Shown: piece by piece, positions 21,280 to 31,276 of the stretch | How positions within the stretch are numbered: position 1 is the first letter of the stretch | Layout of the letters: each line of letters begins with the position of its first letter | NCBI GenBank assembly: GCA_002694345.1 | Contig: NZLV01000167.1 | Location: 1 to 34,677, forward strand | Length of the DNA: 34,677 nucleotides | Source: Maricaulis sp. | GTDB lineage: Bacteria; Pseudomonadota; Alphaproteobacteria; Caulobacterales; Maricaulaceae | Direction of reading: 5' to 3' | Made by a program: the position numbers and the translations under genes | Notes under the pieces: generated by a model | What the model saw: the letters and a program-made list of their open reading frames with translations, nothing else | The model's database searches: none | What the model was told of the DNA's origin: nothing

Positions 21280-22266
21280 ATGACAGACGCGCCGCGCTTT
21301 CTGGTCGCTGATATCGGTGGCACCAATGCCCGTTTCGCGATGGCGCGCGGATCGGTGTCAGAGGGATTCTGCCTCGATCATGTCCGCCGCTTCCGGAATG
21401 CCGATTTCGACCAGTTGCGCGATGCGGTCCTGGCCTATCTGGATACGTGTCCGTCAACCCGACCCACCGGGGCCTGTCTGGCGATCGCCTCTCCCATCAC
21501 GCCGGGACGCATCAAGCTGACCAATTCGGCGTGGACGCTGGACCGCGAGGCGCTGGCCGACGCGCTGGGCGTGGAGCGGGTTCTCGCCGTCAATGATTTC
21601 GCGGCCCAGGCCCGCGGCGCTCCCCTGACGCAGCCGGATGACCTTGTCTGCATCAATCAGGGTGAGGCGCAAGCCGGCGCGCCCCAGGCGGTGCTGGGTC
21701 CTGGGACGGGGCTGGGGCTGGGGCTGCTGGTTCCCGATGGGGGTCGGTTGCGCGTGGTGGCCACGGAAGGCGGACATGCCGGGTTTGCGCCCCGGAATGC
21801 CCTGGAAATCGAGATCCTGCGCGAACTCCAGAGCGAGTATGGCTTTGTCTCCTGGGAAAGGCTCCTGTCGGGACGCGGGCTGATCAATCTGCACCGCGCC
21901 CTGTGCCGGATCGAGGGTATGGACTGGACAGGAGCGCGGCCCGAAGACATCACGGGTGCCGCCTTGGATGATGCGGCCTCGCTGGAAGCCCGTGTCGTGG
22001 CAGTATTCTGTGCCATGCTGGGCGGCTATGCCGGTGACGTCGCGGTACTGACCGGCGCACGCGGCGGGGTCTATCTGGGCGGTGGAATTCTGCCCCGGAT
22101 CCGGCCGCTGTTGGAAGCGAGTGAATTTCTGGACCGGTTCATCGACCGCGAACCCATGTCCGACTATGTCCGGAACATTCCGGTGCAATTGATTGGCAGC
22201 GACCAGGCTGCCCTGCGCGGGGCTGCTGCGCTGGCTGAACAAGGATATCTCGAAAATGGCTGTTAG
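21280..22266 (+). CDS. glk: Glucokinase
   Basis: LVADIGGTNARFA, VNDF, GPGTGLG, TEGGH, ERLLSGRGL and GGVYLGGGI. Confidence 0.93.
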   Translation: MTDAPRFLVADIGGTNARFAMARGSVSEGFCLDHVRRFRNADFDQLRDAVLAYLDTCPSTRPTGACLAIASPITPGRIKLTNSAWTLDREALADALGVERVLAVNDFAAQARGAPLTQPDDLVCINQGEAQAGAPQAVLGPGTGLGLGLLVPDGGRLRVVATEGGHAGFAPRNALEIEILRELQSEYGFVSWERLLSGRGLINLHRALCRIEGMDWTGARPEDITGAALDDAASLEARVVAVFCAMLGGYAGDVAVLTGARGGVYLGGGILPRIRPLLEASEFLDRFIDREPMSDYVRNIPVQLIGSDQAALRGAAALAEQGYLENGC

Positions 22267-22882
22267 CATGACGGAACTGGTCGACGCGGCCAGCGTGATC
22301 CCGGTCCTCACCGTGGGCGAGGTCGCCCACGCGGCGCCGCTGGCAAAGGCGCTCAGGGCGGGCGGGCTGCGAGTGATCGAGATGACCTGGCGGACCGAGG
22401 CGGCGCTCGACGTGCTCAAGGCAATGAAGTCGGCTGAGCCGGATCTGATCGTCGGCATGGGCACCATCCGCTCCCCGCAGCAGGCCCAGGCCAGTATCGA
22501 TGCCGGGGCGGATTTTCTGGTATCGCCGGGGCTCACACCCAGCCTGACAGCTTTCCTGCCGATTTGCGGCATCCCTGTCCTTCCAGGGGTGGCGACAGCC
22601 GGTGAAGCCATGTCAGCCGTCGAGGCCGGCTTCGAGGTCCTGAAATTCTTCCCGGCTGAACAGGCGGGCGGACGCCCCTATCTCAAATCCCTGCACGGAC
22701 CGCTGCCGGACATCCGCTTCTGCCCGACCGGGTCGATCACGGCAGAGATGGCGCCCGACTATCTCGCCCTGCCCAATGTAGTGTGCGTCGGCGGGTCCTG
22801 GATCGCCACAAAGGCGATGGTCGAGGCCGGGGATTGGTCTGCCATTGAAGCCAATGCGCGTCGTGCCGCAGACATGCGCTAG
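22256..22882 (+). CDS. eda: KDPG/KHG aldolase
   Basis: VIPVL, IEMTWRT, GADFLVSPG, KFFPAEQAGG, FCPTG and VCVGGSW; overlaps the glk end. ATG 22268 is an alternative start. Confidence 0.93.
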   Translation: MAVSMTELVDAASVIPVLTVGEVAHAAPLAKALRAGGLRVIEMTWRTEAALDVLKAMKSAEPDLIVGMGTIRSPQQAQASIDAGADFLVSPGLTPSLTAFLPICGIPVLPGVATAGEAMSAVEAGFEVLKFFPAEQAGGRPYLKSLHGPLPDIRFCPTGSITAEMAPDYLALPNVVCVGGSWIATKAMVEAGDWSAIEANARRAADMR

Positions 22883-22933
22883 GGCCGGGCCGTTTTCGAA
22901 CCCGACATTCTGCCTGCTTGCGACCGGTTTAAT

Positions 22934-22963
22934 TTGACAGCCCGTTGCGGGCATACCCAGTAT
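22934..22963 (+). promoter_or_regulatory. Candidate sigma70 promoter for the MFS gene
   Basis: Consensus TTGACA at 22934-22939 after an AT-rich stretch; only a weak -10 (CAGTAT, 18-bp spacer). Confidence 0.35.
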
Positions 22964-23014
22964 TGGAAACGCGCCTACAAAAAATAATCCGCGCAACCAT
23001 ACTGGGAGGATAGC

Positions 23015-24511
23015 TTGCAGACAGAAGCGAACGCGACGCCGACGGCGCCGCGCCTGAAACAGTCGACCATTTTCCTGCACGGATCGCTGGCCCTTCCGCT
23101 GGCAGTGTACGGATATCCGCTCGCGATCTGGCTGCCGGCTCACTATGCCGGACATCTGGGCCTGTCCCTTTCGGTGATCGGCCTGATCATCATGCTGGCC
23201 CGGTTCACCGACGTCTTTACCGATCCGCTGATGGGCGAAATCTCCGACCGCGGCCGGACCCGGTTCGGTCGCCGCAAGCCCTACATCATCCTCGGCGCAC
23301 CGTGTTTGATGGTGTCGACCTGGTTCCTCTTCGTCCCACCGGAGGGTGCGGGCCTGGTCTATTTCCTGGTCTGGCTGACCCTCTTTTTCGCCAGCGCCAC
23401 CATGATCCAGATTCCCTTCCGGGCCTGGGGCGCTGAACTGTCGTCGGATTATCATGCGCGCAGCCAGGTAACCGCCGCGCGGGAATTCTACTATCTCGGC
23501 GGCCTGCTTCTGGCGGCTGCCGTGCCCATGGTGATCGAGATTCTCGCCGATGGCGGGGCCGTCAGCCAGATCTTTGCCTCCATGTGGCGCGACATTACCG
23601 GGGCTTTCACCGGCGGGATTATGGAGCGAACCCCGTCGAACCGGGCCGCACTGACGGGGCCTGTCATGATGGGGCTGGCCGTCACGATCGCCATTCTGGT
23701 GCCGCTGCTGACCGTGCTGATCGTGACCTGTGTGTCCGAACCGCCGCCGGCGCGCCGCGAGCGTGTGCCGATGATCGAGGGTTTCCGGCATCTCTGGCGC
23801 AACGGCCCGATGCGCCGGATCCTGATCATCGCTTTTCTCGTGATCGGGGGCGAGAGCCTGCGCAATGCGGTGTCGCTCTTTTTCATTCGGGACATTATCG
23901 GCATCCCGACCATCGGCGCGGCCTATTTCCTCTATTTCATCTCCGGCATTGCCGCGATCCCCTTCTGGCTCTGGCTGGGCCGCAAGATTGGCAAGCATCG
24001 CGCTTTCATGGTGACGCTTGGCTTTGTCAGCCTGGTCAGCGCCTGCAATCTCTTGCTCGGGCGCGGGGACTATCTCGCCTTTTTCTGTCTTTTCCTGCTG
24101 AAAGGGTTCGCCTTCGGCGGTTTGCAATTCCTGCCCCTGGCCATGCTGGCCGATGTGGTGGACATCGACAGCGCCCGCTCCGGGGGGCGGCGCGCCGGGA
24201 CCTATTTCGCGGTTCTGGGCCTGGCTGAAAAACTCGCTGTGGCGATCTTCACCGGCGTCGCGCTGAACGTTGTCGGTCTGCTGGGCTATCACGCCTCGGC
24301 CGGTGTGGACGGTTCTACCGATATGGGGGTTCTGTCGCTTCGCCTAGTCTATTGCCTGGGGCCCATTGTGCTGTACGGGCTGGCGGCGCCCTTGATCTGG
24401 TCCTACCCGCTGACACCTTTAAGGCATGCGCGTCTGCATGAGCGGTTGGAGCGCAAGAATGCCCGTCTGTCCAACCCCGGACAGGACGAGGCCGTGCATC
24501 CTGTGACCTGA
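23015..24511 (+). CDS. MFS transporter, glycoside-pentoside-hexuronide (MelB-like) family
   Basis: ARFTDVFTDPLMGEISDR.RTRFGRRKPY, IPFRAWGAELSSDY..RS and MLADVVD; about 12 TM helices; TTG start with GGGAGG RBS. Confidence 0.9.
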   Translation: MQTEANATPTAPRLKQSTIFLHGSLALPLAVYGYPLAIWLPAHYAGHLGLSLSVIGLIIMLARFTDVFTDPLMGEISDRGRTRFGRRKPYIILGAPCLMVSTWFLFVPPEGAGLVYFLVWLTLFFASATMIQIPFRAWGAELSSDYHARSQVTAAREFYYLGGLLLAAAVPMVIEILADGGAVSQIFASMWRDITGAFTGGIMERTPSNRAALTGPVMMGLAVTIAILVPLLTVLIVTCVSEPPPARRERVPMIEGFRHLWRNGPMRRILIIAFLVIGGESLRNAVSLFFIRDIIGIPTIGAAYFLYFISGIAAIPFWLWLGRKIGKHRAFMVTLGFVSLVSACNLLLGRGDYLAFFCLFLLKGFAFGGLQFLPLAMLADVVDIDSARSGGRRAGTYFAVLGLAEKLAVAIFTGVALNVVGLLGYHASAGVDGSTDMGVLSLRLVYCLGPIVLYGLAAPLIWSYPLTPLRHARLHERLERKNARLSNPGQDEAVHPVT

Positions 24512-24580
24512 TGAAATTAGGTGAGAATTAATCGCAGTCTGGAAAGACGGATTTTCTGTCCTAAGTCGTGCAAGCAAGAT

Positions 24581-24610
24581 ACGGAAACGGTAGAAACACC
24601 GTGTTTCCGT
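24581..24610. promoter_or_regulatory. Inverted repeat (candidate repressor operator) upstream of the efflux operon
   Basis: GAAACAC-C-GTGTTTC (24593-24607) is a perfect palindrome, and ACGGAAAC (24581-88) also pairs with GTTTCCGT (24603-10). It sits just before the GGGAGG RBS. Confidence 0.55.
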
Positions 24611-24626
24611 GGGCTGGGAGGCTTGT

Positions 24627-25733
24627 GTGACGCTGCGATTCTCAAATCTGTGTGCGCTTGTCAGCTGCGCCTGTGCGCTGACCCTGTCGGCATGCGGTTC
24701 CGATGAGGCTGCATCCGGAGCGGCGGCGCGCGGTGGTGAAGACCGTATTCGCGTGGTGACGCAGGCTGTCCGTTTCGAGCGCGAGCGCACCGATGTGGAA
24801 TCCGTGGGTACGGCTCGTGCCCGCGCCACGGCTCAGGTCTTCCCGGAATCCGGCGGGCTGGTCTTGTCCGTGCCGTTCAGTGCCGGGCAGGCGGTTGAAG
24901 AAGGTGACCTTCTCCTGCAACTCGATGATCGTGAAGAGCGCCTCGCCGTGGACCTGGCACGCGTTGCGGTCCAGGAAGCGGAACAATTGTTGGCGCGCTA
25001 TCGGCGCATCGAGGATACCGGTGCGATCTCTGCCAGTCAGATCGACGAGGCGCGCACCGCGCTCGACTCCGCCCGGATCCAGTTGGAACAGGCCGAGATC
25101 GCCCTGGCCGAACGCGCCGTCCGTGCCCCCTTCGCCGGCAATGTCGGGCTGACCGATATCGACGCAGGGTCGCGGGTTACGGCATCGACCGTGATCACCC
25201 AGATCGATGACCGCAGTGTTCTCTTTGTCGACTTTGAGGCCGCTGAGCAGGTGTTTGGCTATCTGCGTGAAGGCGACACGATCCTTGCGGCGCCCTTTGC
25301 CAATCCGGATGCGGCGGTCGAGGCCGAAATCGTTGCCGTCGACAGCCATATCAATCCGACACGCCGGACCTTCACGGTTCGCGCCGAACTGGACAATTCG
25401 GCCGATACCCTACGACCCGGCATGAGCTTCCGCGTCAATTTCACCATTCTCGGGCAGTCCTATCCGCGCGTACCTGAATCCGCGATCATCTGGGGCTCTT
25501 CTGGCTCCTACATCTGGTCGGCGGTCGACTCCCGGGCGGTCCGGGTCCCGGTGAACATCATTTCGCGCATGGATGGTTTCGTCCTGGTCCGCGGCGAGAT
25601 TGATGCCGATGACCGCATCATCACTGAAGGGGTCCAAAAGGTACGCGAGGGCAGCGAAATTCTCGATCTCGCCTCGGACCGGACCTCGGTCAATGTCGGC
25701 GGCGGCCCGGTCTCCGCGGATGAGATGCGATGA
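24627..25733 (+). CDS. RND periplasmic adaptor lipoprotein (AcrA-like)
   Basis: GTG start 5 nt after GGGAGG; lipobox LSAC; lipoyl halves, RAPFAG.VG, TRRTFTVRA and LRPGM. Confidence 0.9.
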   Translation: MTLRFSNLCALVSCACALTLSACGSDEAASGAAARGGEDRIRVVTQAVRFERERTDVESVGTARARATAQVFPESGGLVLSVPFSAGQAVEEGDLLLQLDDREERLAVDLARVAVQEAEQLLARYRRIEDTGAISASQIDEARTALDSARIQLEQAEIALAERAVRAPFAGNVGLTDIDAGSRVTASTVITQIDDRSVLFVDFEAAEQVFGYLREGDTILAAPFANPDAAVEAEIVAVDSHINPTRRTFTVRAELDNSADTLRPGMSFRVNFTILGQSYPRVPESAIIWGSSGSYIWSAVDSRAVRVPVNIISRMDGFVLVRGEIDADDRIITEGVQKVREGSEILDLASDRTSVNVGGGPVSADEMR

Positions 25734-28700
25734 GCCTCGAGCGCAATGACCTTCCGGCGCTGGCGGTCAAACGACCGGTTCTGGTCGCCGTTCTCAACCT
25801 GCTGATCATTATCGGGGGGCTCGCTGCCCTGTTCGGGGTGGAAGTGCGGGAATTGCCGGATGTCGACCGTCCGGTCGTGTCTGTCACAGCCCAATTCCCC
25901 GGCGCCGCGCCGGAAACCGTTGATGCCGAAGTGACCGCCATCCTCGAAGGCGCTGTGGCCCGGGTGTCCGGGGTGCGAGAGATTGATGCCCAGAGCGAGG
26001 AAAACGGATCGCGGGTCCGTATCGAGTTCAATCCGGGCACGGATCTGGACGCGGCCGCTGCCGACGTCCGCGAAGCCGTCAGCCGGATCACCCGGCAATT
26101 GCCGGACCGGGTCGAACAGGTCCGGGTCGTGAAGGCAGATGACAATGCCGACCCGATCGTCCGTCTGGCCGTTCTTTCCGACACGCTCGACGAGGAAAGC
26201 GTCACGGCCCTGGTCGAGAACGACATCATTCCCGAATTTCTCTCCATCGACGGTGTGGCCAGTGTCGACGTGTCCGGCGACCGTCAGCGCCTGCTGCGTG
26301 TGGTCATCGACCCGCTTCGTCTCAGCCGGTTCGGCCTGACCGTCGGCGATGTTGCTGATGCCCTGACCCAGGCACCGTTCGACGTGCCGGTCGGCAGTTT
26401 CCGCTCCGACGAACAACAGCTCATCGTGCGCGCGGAAGCTACCGCCGCGACCCCGGAACGGGTCAAAGAGGTGATCATCGAGGGCACGACCCGCGTCGGG
26501 GATGTGGCCGAAGCCTATTTCGCACCGGCTGATGCCACGAGCTTCGTGCGGCTGGACGGTCAGGCCATCATCGGTCTGGGTATTGTCCGGCAGGCCCAGT
26601 CCAACACCATGTCGATTTCCCGGGGCGTGTCCGATGTGGTCGATCGGCTGAACAACAGGTTCGACGATATCGAAATCCGTATCACCTCCGATGATGCGGT
26701 CTTCATTGAGGGCTCGGTGCGTGAAGTGCTGACCAGCCTGATGATCACCGTGATCATCGTGGTGGCGACCATCTGGCTCTTCTTTGCGCGCTTCCGTGCC
26801 TCCCTGATCCCGTCCACCGCGATCCCGGCCGCCCTGATCGGCGCATTGGCCGGAATCTGGATCCTGGGCTTCTCGATCAATCTCCTGACCCTTCTGGCCC
26901 TCGTCCTGGCAACCGGGCTGATTGTCGATGACGCCATCGTCGTGATCGAGAATATCCAGCGCTTGCAGAAAAAGGGGCTGGGCCGCCGGGCTGCGGCTGT
27001 TCTGGGGACGCGCCAGGTCTTCTTCGCCGTGGTCGCCACGACGGCGGTTCTGGTTTCGGTTTTCGTGCCGATTTCCTTCCTGCCTTCGACGGCTGGCCGC
27101 CTGTTCCGGGAGTTCGGCTTCGTTCTGGCCCTGGCCGTGGTGATTTCCTCTTTCGTGGCTCTGTCCATCGTACCGGCGCTCGCCGCGCGCCTTTGGCTGC
27201 GCAATGAGGGCGGATCGCCTGGTGTGCTGGAGCGGATGGGGATGGCGGTTTCGGATGTCTATGCCCGAGCCCTGCGCTGGGCGCTGAACCATCCCTGGCT
27301 GTCGGCCGGTGTGATGGCACTGGCGGCGCTGGGAGCCGTGGCGGCCTATCTGTCACTGGAACAGGAATTGGTGCCGCAGGAAGACCGCGGCCGCGTGCTG
27401 ATCTTCGCGACCGGTCCGGACGGGGTCGGGATCGATTTCATGGAGCGCCAGGCCGACTATATCGAAGCCGTGCTCCAGCCCTATCGCGACAGCGGCGAGA
27501 TCACCTCGCTGGAAACCATCATTGGCCGCTGGGACCCGAACCGGATCTTCGTGACCGCGACTCTCGCCGACTGGTCCGAGCGCGAGCGGAGCCAGCAGGA
27601 CATCATCCGCGAACTGCGCCGCCCCCTGTCGGACATTCCGGGCGTACGGGCTTCCGTCTTCGGGCGGGGCAGCCTGGACGTACGCGGCCGCAGCCGCGGC
27701 GGCATCCAGGTCGCGCTGACCGGTCGCGACTATTCGGAAATTTACGAGGCGGCGCTCCTGATGGAGCAGGAAATCGATACGAATTCGCTGATGTTCGCGA
27801 ACCCGGAGATTTCCTACCAGCCGACCCAGCCGCAATTGTCGATCCAGATCGACCGCCGCCGCGCCGCCGATCTCGGTGTGCCGCTGAGCGAGCTGTCCCA
27901 GACCTTGCGGGTCATGGTCGGGGGCGATGAGCTGGTCGACCTCAATGTCGGCGACCGTTCCATCCCGATCTTCCTGGAGTCCATGAATGATGCGATCGCC
28001 GATCCGGCCGATCTGCAAAACCTTTATGTCCGCTCCAACACGGGCGAGCTGATCCCGATCTCCGCGCTGACCACGATCGTGGAAGAAGGCGTGGCCGCCG
28101 AGTTGAACCGGACCGAACAGCGCCGATCCATCGAGCTGGAAGCCGATATCGCCCCCGGCATTGCCCTGGCCGATGCCGTCCTCGAGATGGAGCGGCTGGC
28201 CGACGAGATACTGCCCGACGGGATCGAGATCATCATGCAGGGCGAGGCACGCACGCTGAATGAAACCTCGCGCGACATGACCATCACCTACCTCTTCGCC
28301 CTGGTGATCGTCTTCCTCGTTCTGGCTGCGCAATTTGAAAGCGTTACCAGTCCGGTTGTGGTCATGCTGACCGTGCCCTTCGGTCTGGCCGCAGCGGTCT
28401 ATGCGCTCTTCCTGACCGGGGTCTCGCTCAACATTTTTTCCCAAATCGGCCTGGTCATGCTGATCGGCCTGATGGCGAAGAACGGGATCCTGGTGGTCGA
28501 GTTTGCCGATCAGTTGCGGGCCGAGGGCAAGTCCGTGCGCGAAGCAATTGAAGAGGCGTCGATCATCCGCCTGCGCCCGATCACGATGACGCTGATTTCC
28601 ACCATTCTTGGCGCCCTGCCGCTGATCCTGTCGACCGGGGCTGGCGCGGAAGCCCGGACCTCTATCGGCTGGACCGTGTTCGGCGGCCTGGCCCTGTCGG

Positions 28701-28843
28701 GCCTGTTCACTCTCTTCCTGACACCGGTCATCTATCTGGGCATTGCCCGTTTCGGCAAACCCCGTTCGGCCAATCTGGCCGAGCTGGAAGCCGAATTGGA
28801 GCGGGCCGAAGCCGATCCTGATACCGGGCATCCGGCGGAGTGA
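25730..28843 (+). CDS. HAE1 multidrug-type RND permease (AcrB family)
   Basis: VRELPDVD.P, FSINLLTLLALVLATGLIVDDAIVVIEN, GLMAKNGILVVEF and RLRPITMT; intact proton relay (DD, K, R, T). Confidence 0.94.
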   Translation: MSLERNDLPALAVKRPVLVAVLNLLIIIGGLAALFGVEVRELPDVDRPVVSVTAQFPGAAPETVDAEVTAILEGAVARVSGVREIDAQSEENGSRVRIEFNPGTDLDAAAADVREAVSRITRQLPDRVEQVRVVKADDNADPIVRLAVLSDTLDEESVTALVENDIIPEFLSIDGVASVDVSGDRQRLLRVVIDPLRLSRFGLTVGDVADALTQAPFDVPVGSFRSDEQQLIVRAEATAATPERVKEVIIEGTTRVGDVAEAYFAPADATSFVRLDGQAIIGLGIVRQAQSNTMSISRGVSDVVDRLNNRFDDIEIRITSDDAVFIEGSVREVLTSLMITVIIVVATIWLFFARFRASLIPSTAIPAALIGALAGIWILGFSINLLTLLALVLATGLIVDDAIVVIENIQRLQKKGLGRRAAAVLGTRQVFFAVVATTAVLVSVFVPISFLPSTAGRLFREFGFVLALAVVISSFVALSIVPALAARLWLRNEGGSPGVLERMGMAVSDVYARALRWALNHPWLSAGVMALAALGAVAAYLSLEQELVPQEDRGRVLIFATGPDGVGIDFMERQADYIEAVLQPYRDSGEITSLETIIGRWDPNRIFVTATLADWSERERSQQDIIRELRRPLSDIPGVRASVFGRGSLDVRGRSRGGIQVALTGRDYSEIYEAALLMEQEIDTNSLMFANPEISYQPTQPQLSIQIDRRRAADLGVPLSELSQTLRVMVGGDELVDLNVGDRSIPIFLESMNDAIADPADLQNLYVRSNTGELIPISALTTIVEEGVAAELNRTEQRRSIELEADIAPGIALADAVLEMERLADEILPDGIEIIMQGEARTLNETSRDMTITYLFALVIVFLVLAAQFESVTSPVVVMLTVPFGLAAAVYALFLTGVSLNIFSQIGLVMLIGLMAKNGILVVEFADQLRAEGKSVREAIEEASIIRLRPITMTLISTILGALPLILSTGAGAEARTSIGWTVFGGLALSGLFTLFLTPVIYLGIARFGKPRSANLAELEAELERAEADPDTGHPAE

Positions 28844-28848
28844 GTGCC

Positions 28849-30234
28849 ATGAAACCTGTCTGGCTTGCCCTGCCCCTTCTCACCCTGTCCGCCTGCGCTG
28901 TAGGCCCTGATCATGTGGTGCCGGACCCGGTCCTGCCGCCTGCATATTCGGCACCCGCGCCGGCCCTGCCGGTCGCTGACGGACTTTGGTGGCAGGGGTT
29001 CCAGGACGCGACGCTGGATGCGCTCGTGACAGCAGCTCTCGCGGGCAATCTGGACATGGCGGTCGCCCGCGAGCGCCTGGTTGAGGCCAATGCCTTGATT
29101 GACGCGGAGACCGCAGGGCTTCGGCCGCGTGTTGATGCGGAGCTGGATGCGGGTGGTTCCAGCGTTCTCAGCGGCAGTGGCAATGCGGGGACGTCCGCCT
29201 CGACCGGACTGGTTCTCGGCTTTGTGCCGGACATTTTCGGCGCCCAGCGTCGCCGCATCGAACGGGCCGAGGCGCAGCGCGATGCGCTCGCCTTCGACCA
29301 GGACGATATCCAGCGCACCACAGTGGCCACGGTTGCGGACCGCTATATCGACTGGCAGCGCAGCCGCGCCAGGCTGGAGCTTCTGGACACCTCACTCGCC
29401 CTGCAACAGCAGACACTCGACATTGTCGAGCGGCGAGCTGAAGCTGGCCTGTCGGCGGATTTGGACGTCCAGCGTGCTGCCGCAGACCTTGCTTCAACGC
29501 GCGCCCAGAAGGGCAATCTGGAGATCGCATTGGCGTCGGCCCGGCGTGATCTGGCCATCCTGACCGGCCAGGCTCCGACGGGTTTTTCCGGTCTTGAGGA
29601 TGTCGCAGTGCAGCTCCCCGATTTTGCCGGTGGACCCGCCAGTGGTGTGCCGGCCGACCTAGTGCGCCAGCGCGCCGACCTGCGAGCGGCGGAACGTGAC
29701 CTGGCGGCTGCCTCGGCCGCGATCGGGGTCGCGGAAGCGGAGCTCTATCCTGCCCTGTCCATCGCAGGCAGTTTGACGGGTGATCTCGGCGCCGCCGACC
29801 GGATCGTGGACGATGTTATCGCCCAACTCGGTGCAGCCCTCTCGCTCAATCTGACCGATGGCGGCGAACGCCGCGCCAATGTGCGGGCCGCCGAAGCCCG
29901 CGCCCGCCAGGCAGCCCTCGTCTATCAAGCGGTCCTGCTCGACGCGCTCGGTGAGGTGGAGACCGCGCTGGTGACCATTGAGGCCATTGAGGCCCAGTCG
30001 GTGGAATTGCAGCGCGCCGTCACCGCTTCAGAGCAGGCTTTCGACCAGCTCAACGCACTTTATCGAGAAGGCCTGGCCAGTTTCATCGACATTCTCGACG
30101 CTCAGCGCACCCTGATTTCCAGTCGCCAGTCCCAGCTGGAAAGCCGGGCCAGCCACGCCAAGGCGATCATCAGCCTGTACCGCGCTCTCGGCGCCCCGGT
30201 CAGTCCCGATCCGGATCCAGGCTCGCCGACTTGA
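28849..30234 (+). CDS. NodT/OprM-family outer-membrane efflux lipoprotein
   Basis: Lipobox LSACAVGPD, WW.GF.D.TL..LV, P.DL.RQRADLRAAE..L and FIDILDAQR. GTG 28840 is an alternative start. Confidence 0.92.
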   Translation: MKPVWLALPLLTLSACAVGPDHVVPDPVLPPAYSAPAPALPVADGLWWQGFQDATLDALVTAALAGNLDMAVARERLVEANALIDAETAGLRPRVDAELDAGGSSVLSGSGNAGTSASTGLVLGFVPDIFGAQRRRIERAEAQRDALAFDQDDIQRTTVATVADRYIDWQRSRARLELLDTSLALQQQTLDIVERRAEAGLSADLDVQRAAADLASTRAQKGNLEIALASARRDLAILTGQAPTGFSGLEDVAVQLPDFAGGPASGVPADLVRQRADLRAAERDLAAASAAIGVAEAELYPALSIAGSLTGDLGAADRIVDDVIAQLGAALSLNLTDGGERRANVRAAEARARQAALVYQAVLLDALGEVETALVTIEAIEAQSVELQRAVTASEQAFDQLNALYREGLASFIDILDAQRTLISSRQSQLESRASHAKAIISLYRALGAPVSPDPDPGSPT

Positions 30235-31276
30235 TCAGGGCGATGACGGTCTGACCTTCCGCAAGCCCCAGACTGTCGGCAGCGGACCGGGTGATGCGGG
30301 CGGTCAGGGCCTGCTCTGTCCAGGCAAAGTCGATATCACAATAGGCCGTGCCAGGCTGCGGCTTCAGCCGCAGAATCCGCACGGGAATCTGGTTGCGGAT
30401 CGACAGGCCGGTCACGGGTTTAAGGGCGATGGCGACATCGCTGGCACGGATGATCAGGCGCAGCGCTGATCCGACAGCAATCCCGTCCAGTCCTGGCAGG
30501 ATCAATGTGCGACCCGCCACGTCGACACCGCTCAAGCCGGTCGCTTCGTCTTGAGTCACCAGCCGGCCTGCGAGCAAGGAAAACCGCTCGTCCCGACCCG
30601 GCTGATCCAGCCAATCTTTCAAGGCCAGGAGCGGGCCGGTCCGGCCGCCCGCAAGGGGCAGGACGTGATCCGCCAATTGCGCGACTTCGGACGCAGAATG
30701 GCTGACATGCAGCGTCGGCAGCGCCAGTCGGCCGAGCAGGGCACGCAGGCCGGGCAGGAGACGGTTGCGGCGTGCCGTGTCGAGGGCGGAAAGAGGCTCG
30801 TCCAGGACCAGGAGGTCCGGAGAAGACATCAGCGCCCGGCCCAGAGAAACGCGCTGGCGTTCCCCGCCTGACAAGGTGTTGACCGACTGGTCGAGAAGCG
30901 GCCGCAAGTCCAGCAGGTCGAGAATCTCATCCTGCTCCGGTCCGGCGCTGCCGGCCGGGACCCGCTTTGCGGCATAGGCCAGATTTCCCGCGACATCATG
31001 GTGCGGGAAGAGACGCGTGTCCTGGAAGGCAATACCGATGCGACGCGTGTGGATCGGCTGCCGGCATGTCCGGTCATGCCACACGGTCTCACCAAAGCTG
31101 ACGCGGCCACTGAAATGCCTGTCCAGCCCGCACAGGGCCCGCAGAAGCGAGGTCTTGCCCGCGCCGGACGGGCCGCTGATGGAGACGATGCCTGTCTCGG
31201 GCAAACCGGCGCTTGCTTCCAGGCGAAAGCCGTCAATCTGCCGGGTCAGGTCGAAGTGCAGCCCCTTATCCCTCAT
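30200..31276 (-). CDS. modC: Molybdate ABC transporter ATP-binding subunit
   Basis: Walker A GPSGAGKT, FQDTRLFPH, LSGGERQRV, LDEPLSALD and a C-terminal TOBE domain (SIRN..V.ALIKS). Confidence 0.93.
   Translation of the reverse strand: MRDKGLHFDLTRQIDGFRLEASAGLPETGIVSISGPSGAGKTSLLRALCGLDRHFSGRVSFGETVWHDRTCRQPIHTRRIGIAFQDTRLFPHHDVAGNLAYAAKRVPAGSAGPEQDEILDLLDLRPLLDQSVNTLSGGERQRVSLGRALMSSPDLLVLDEPLSALDTARRNRLLPGLRALLGRLALPTLHVSHSASEVAQLADHVLPLAGGRTGPLLALKDWLDQPGRDERFSLLAGRLVTQDEATGLSGVDVAGRTLILPGLDGIAVGSALRLIIRASDVAIALKPVTGLSIRNQIPVRILRLKPQPGTAYCDIDFAWTEQALTARITRSAADSLGLAEGQTVIALIKSASLDPDRD

Noticed and set aside
21709-21726. GGGCTG x3 tandem repeat in glk
   Set aside because: It is in frame and simply encodes the GLGLGL of the conserved GPGTGLG motif region; there is no sign of phase variation.
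22963-22980. TTGGAAACGCGCCTACAA as a LacI operator for the MFS gene
   Set aside because: The symmetry is too imperfect to support a call without a genome-wide motif.
22613-28831. Long minus-strand ORFs (559, 594 and 492 aa)
   Set aside because: They lie antisense to eda, the MFS gene and the RND genes, have shadow-ORF composition and show no domain signatures.
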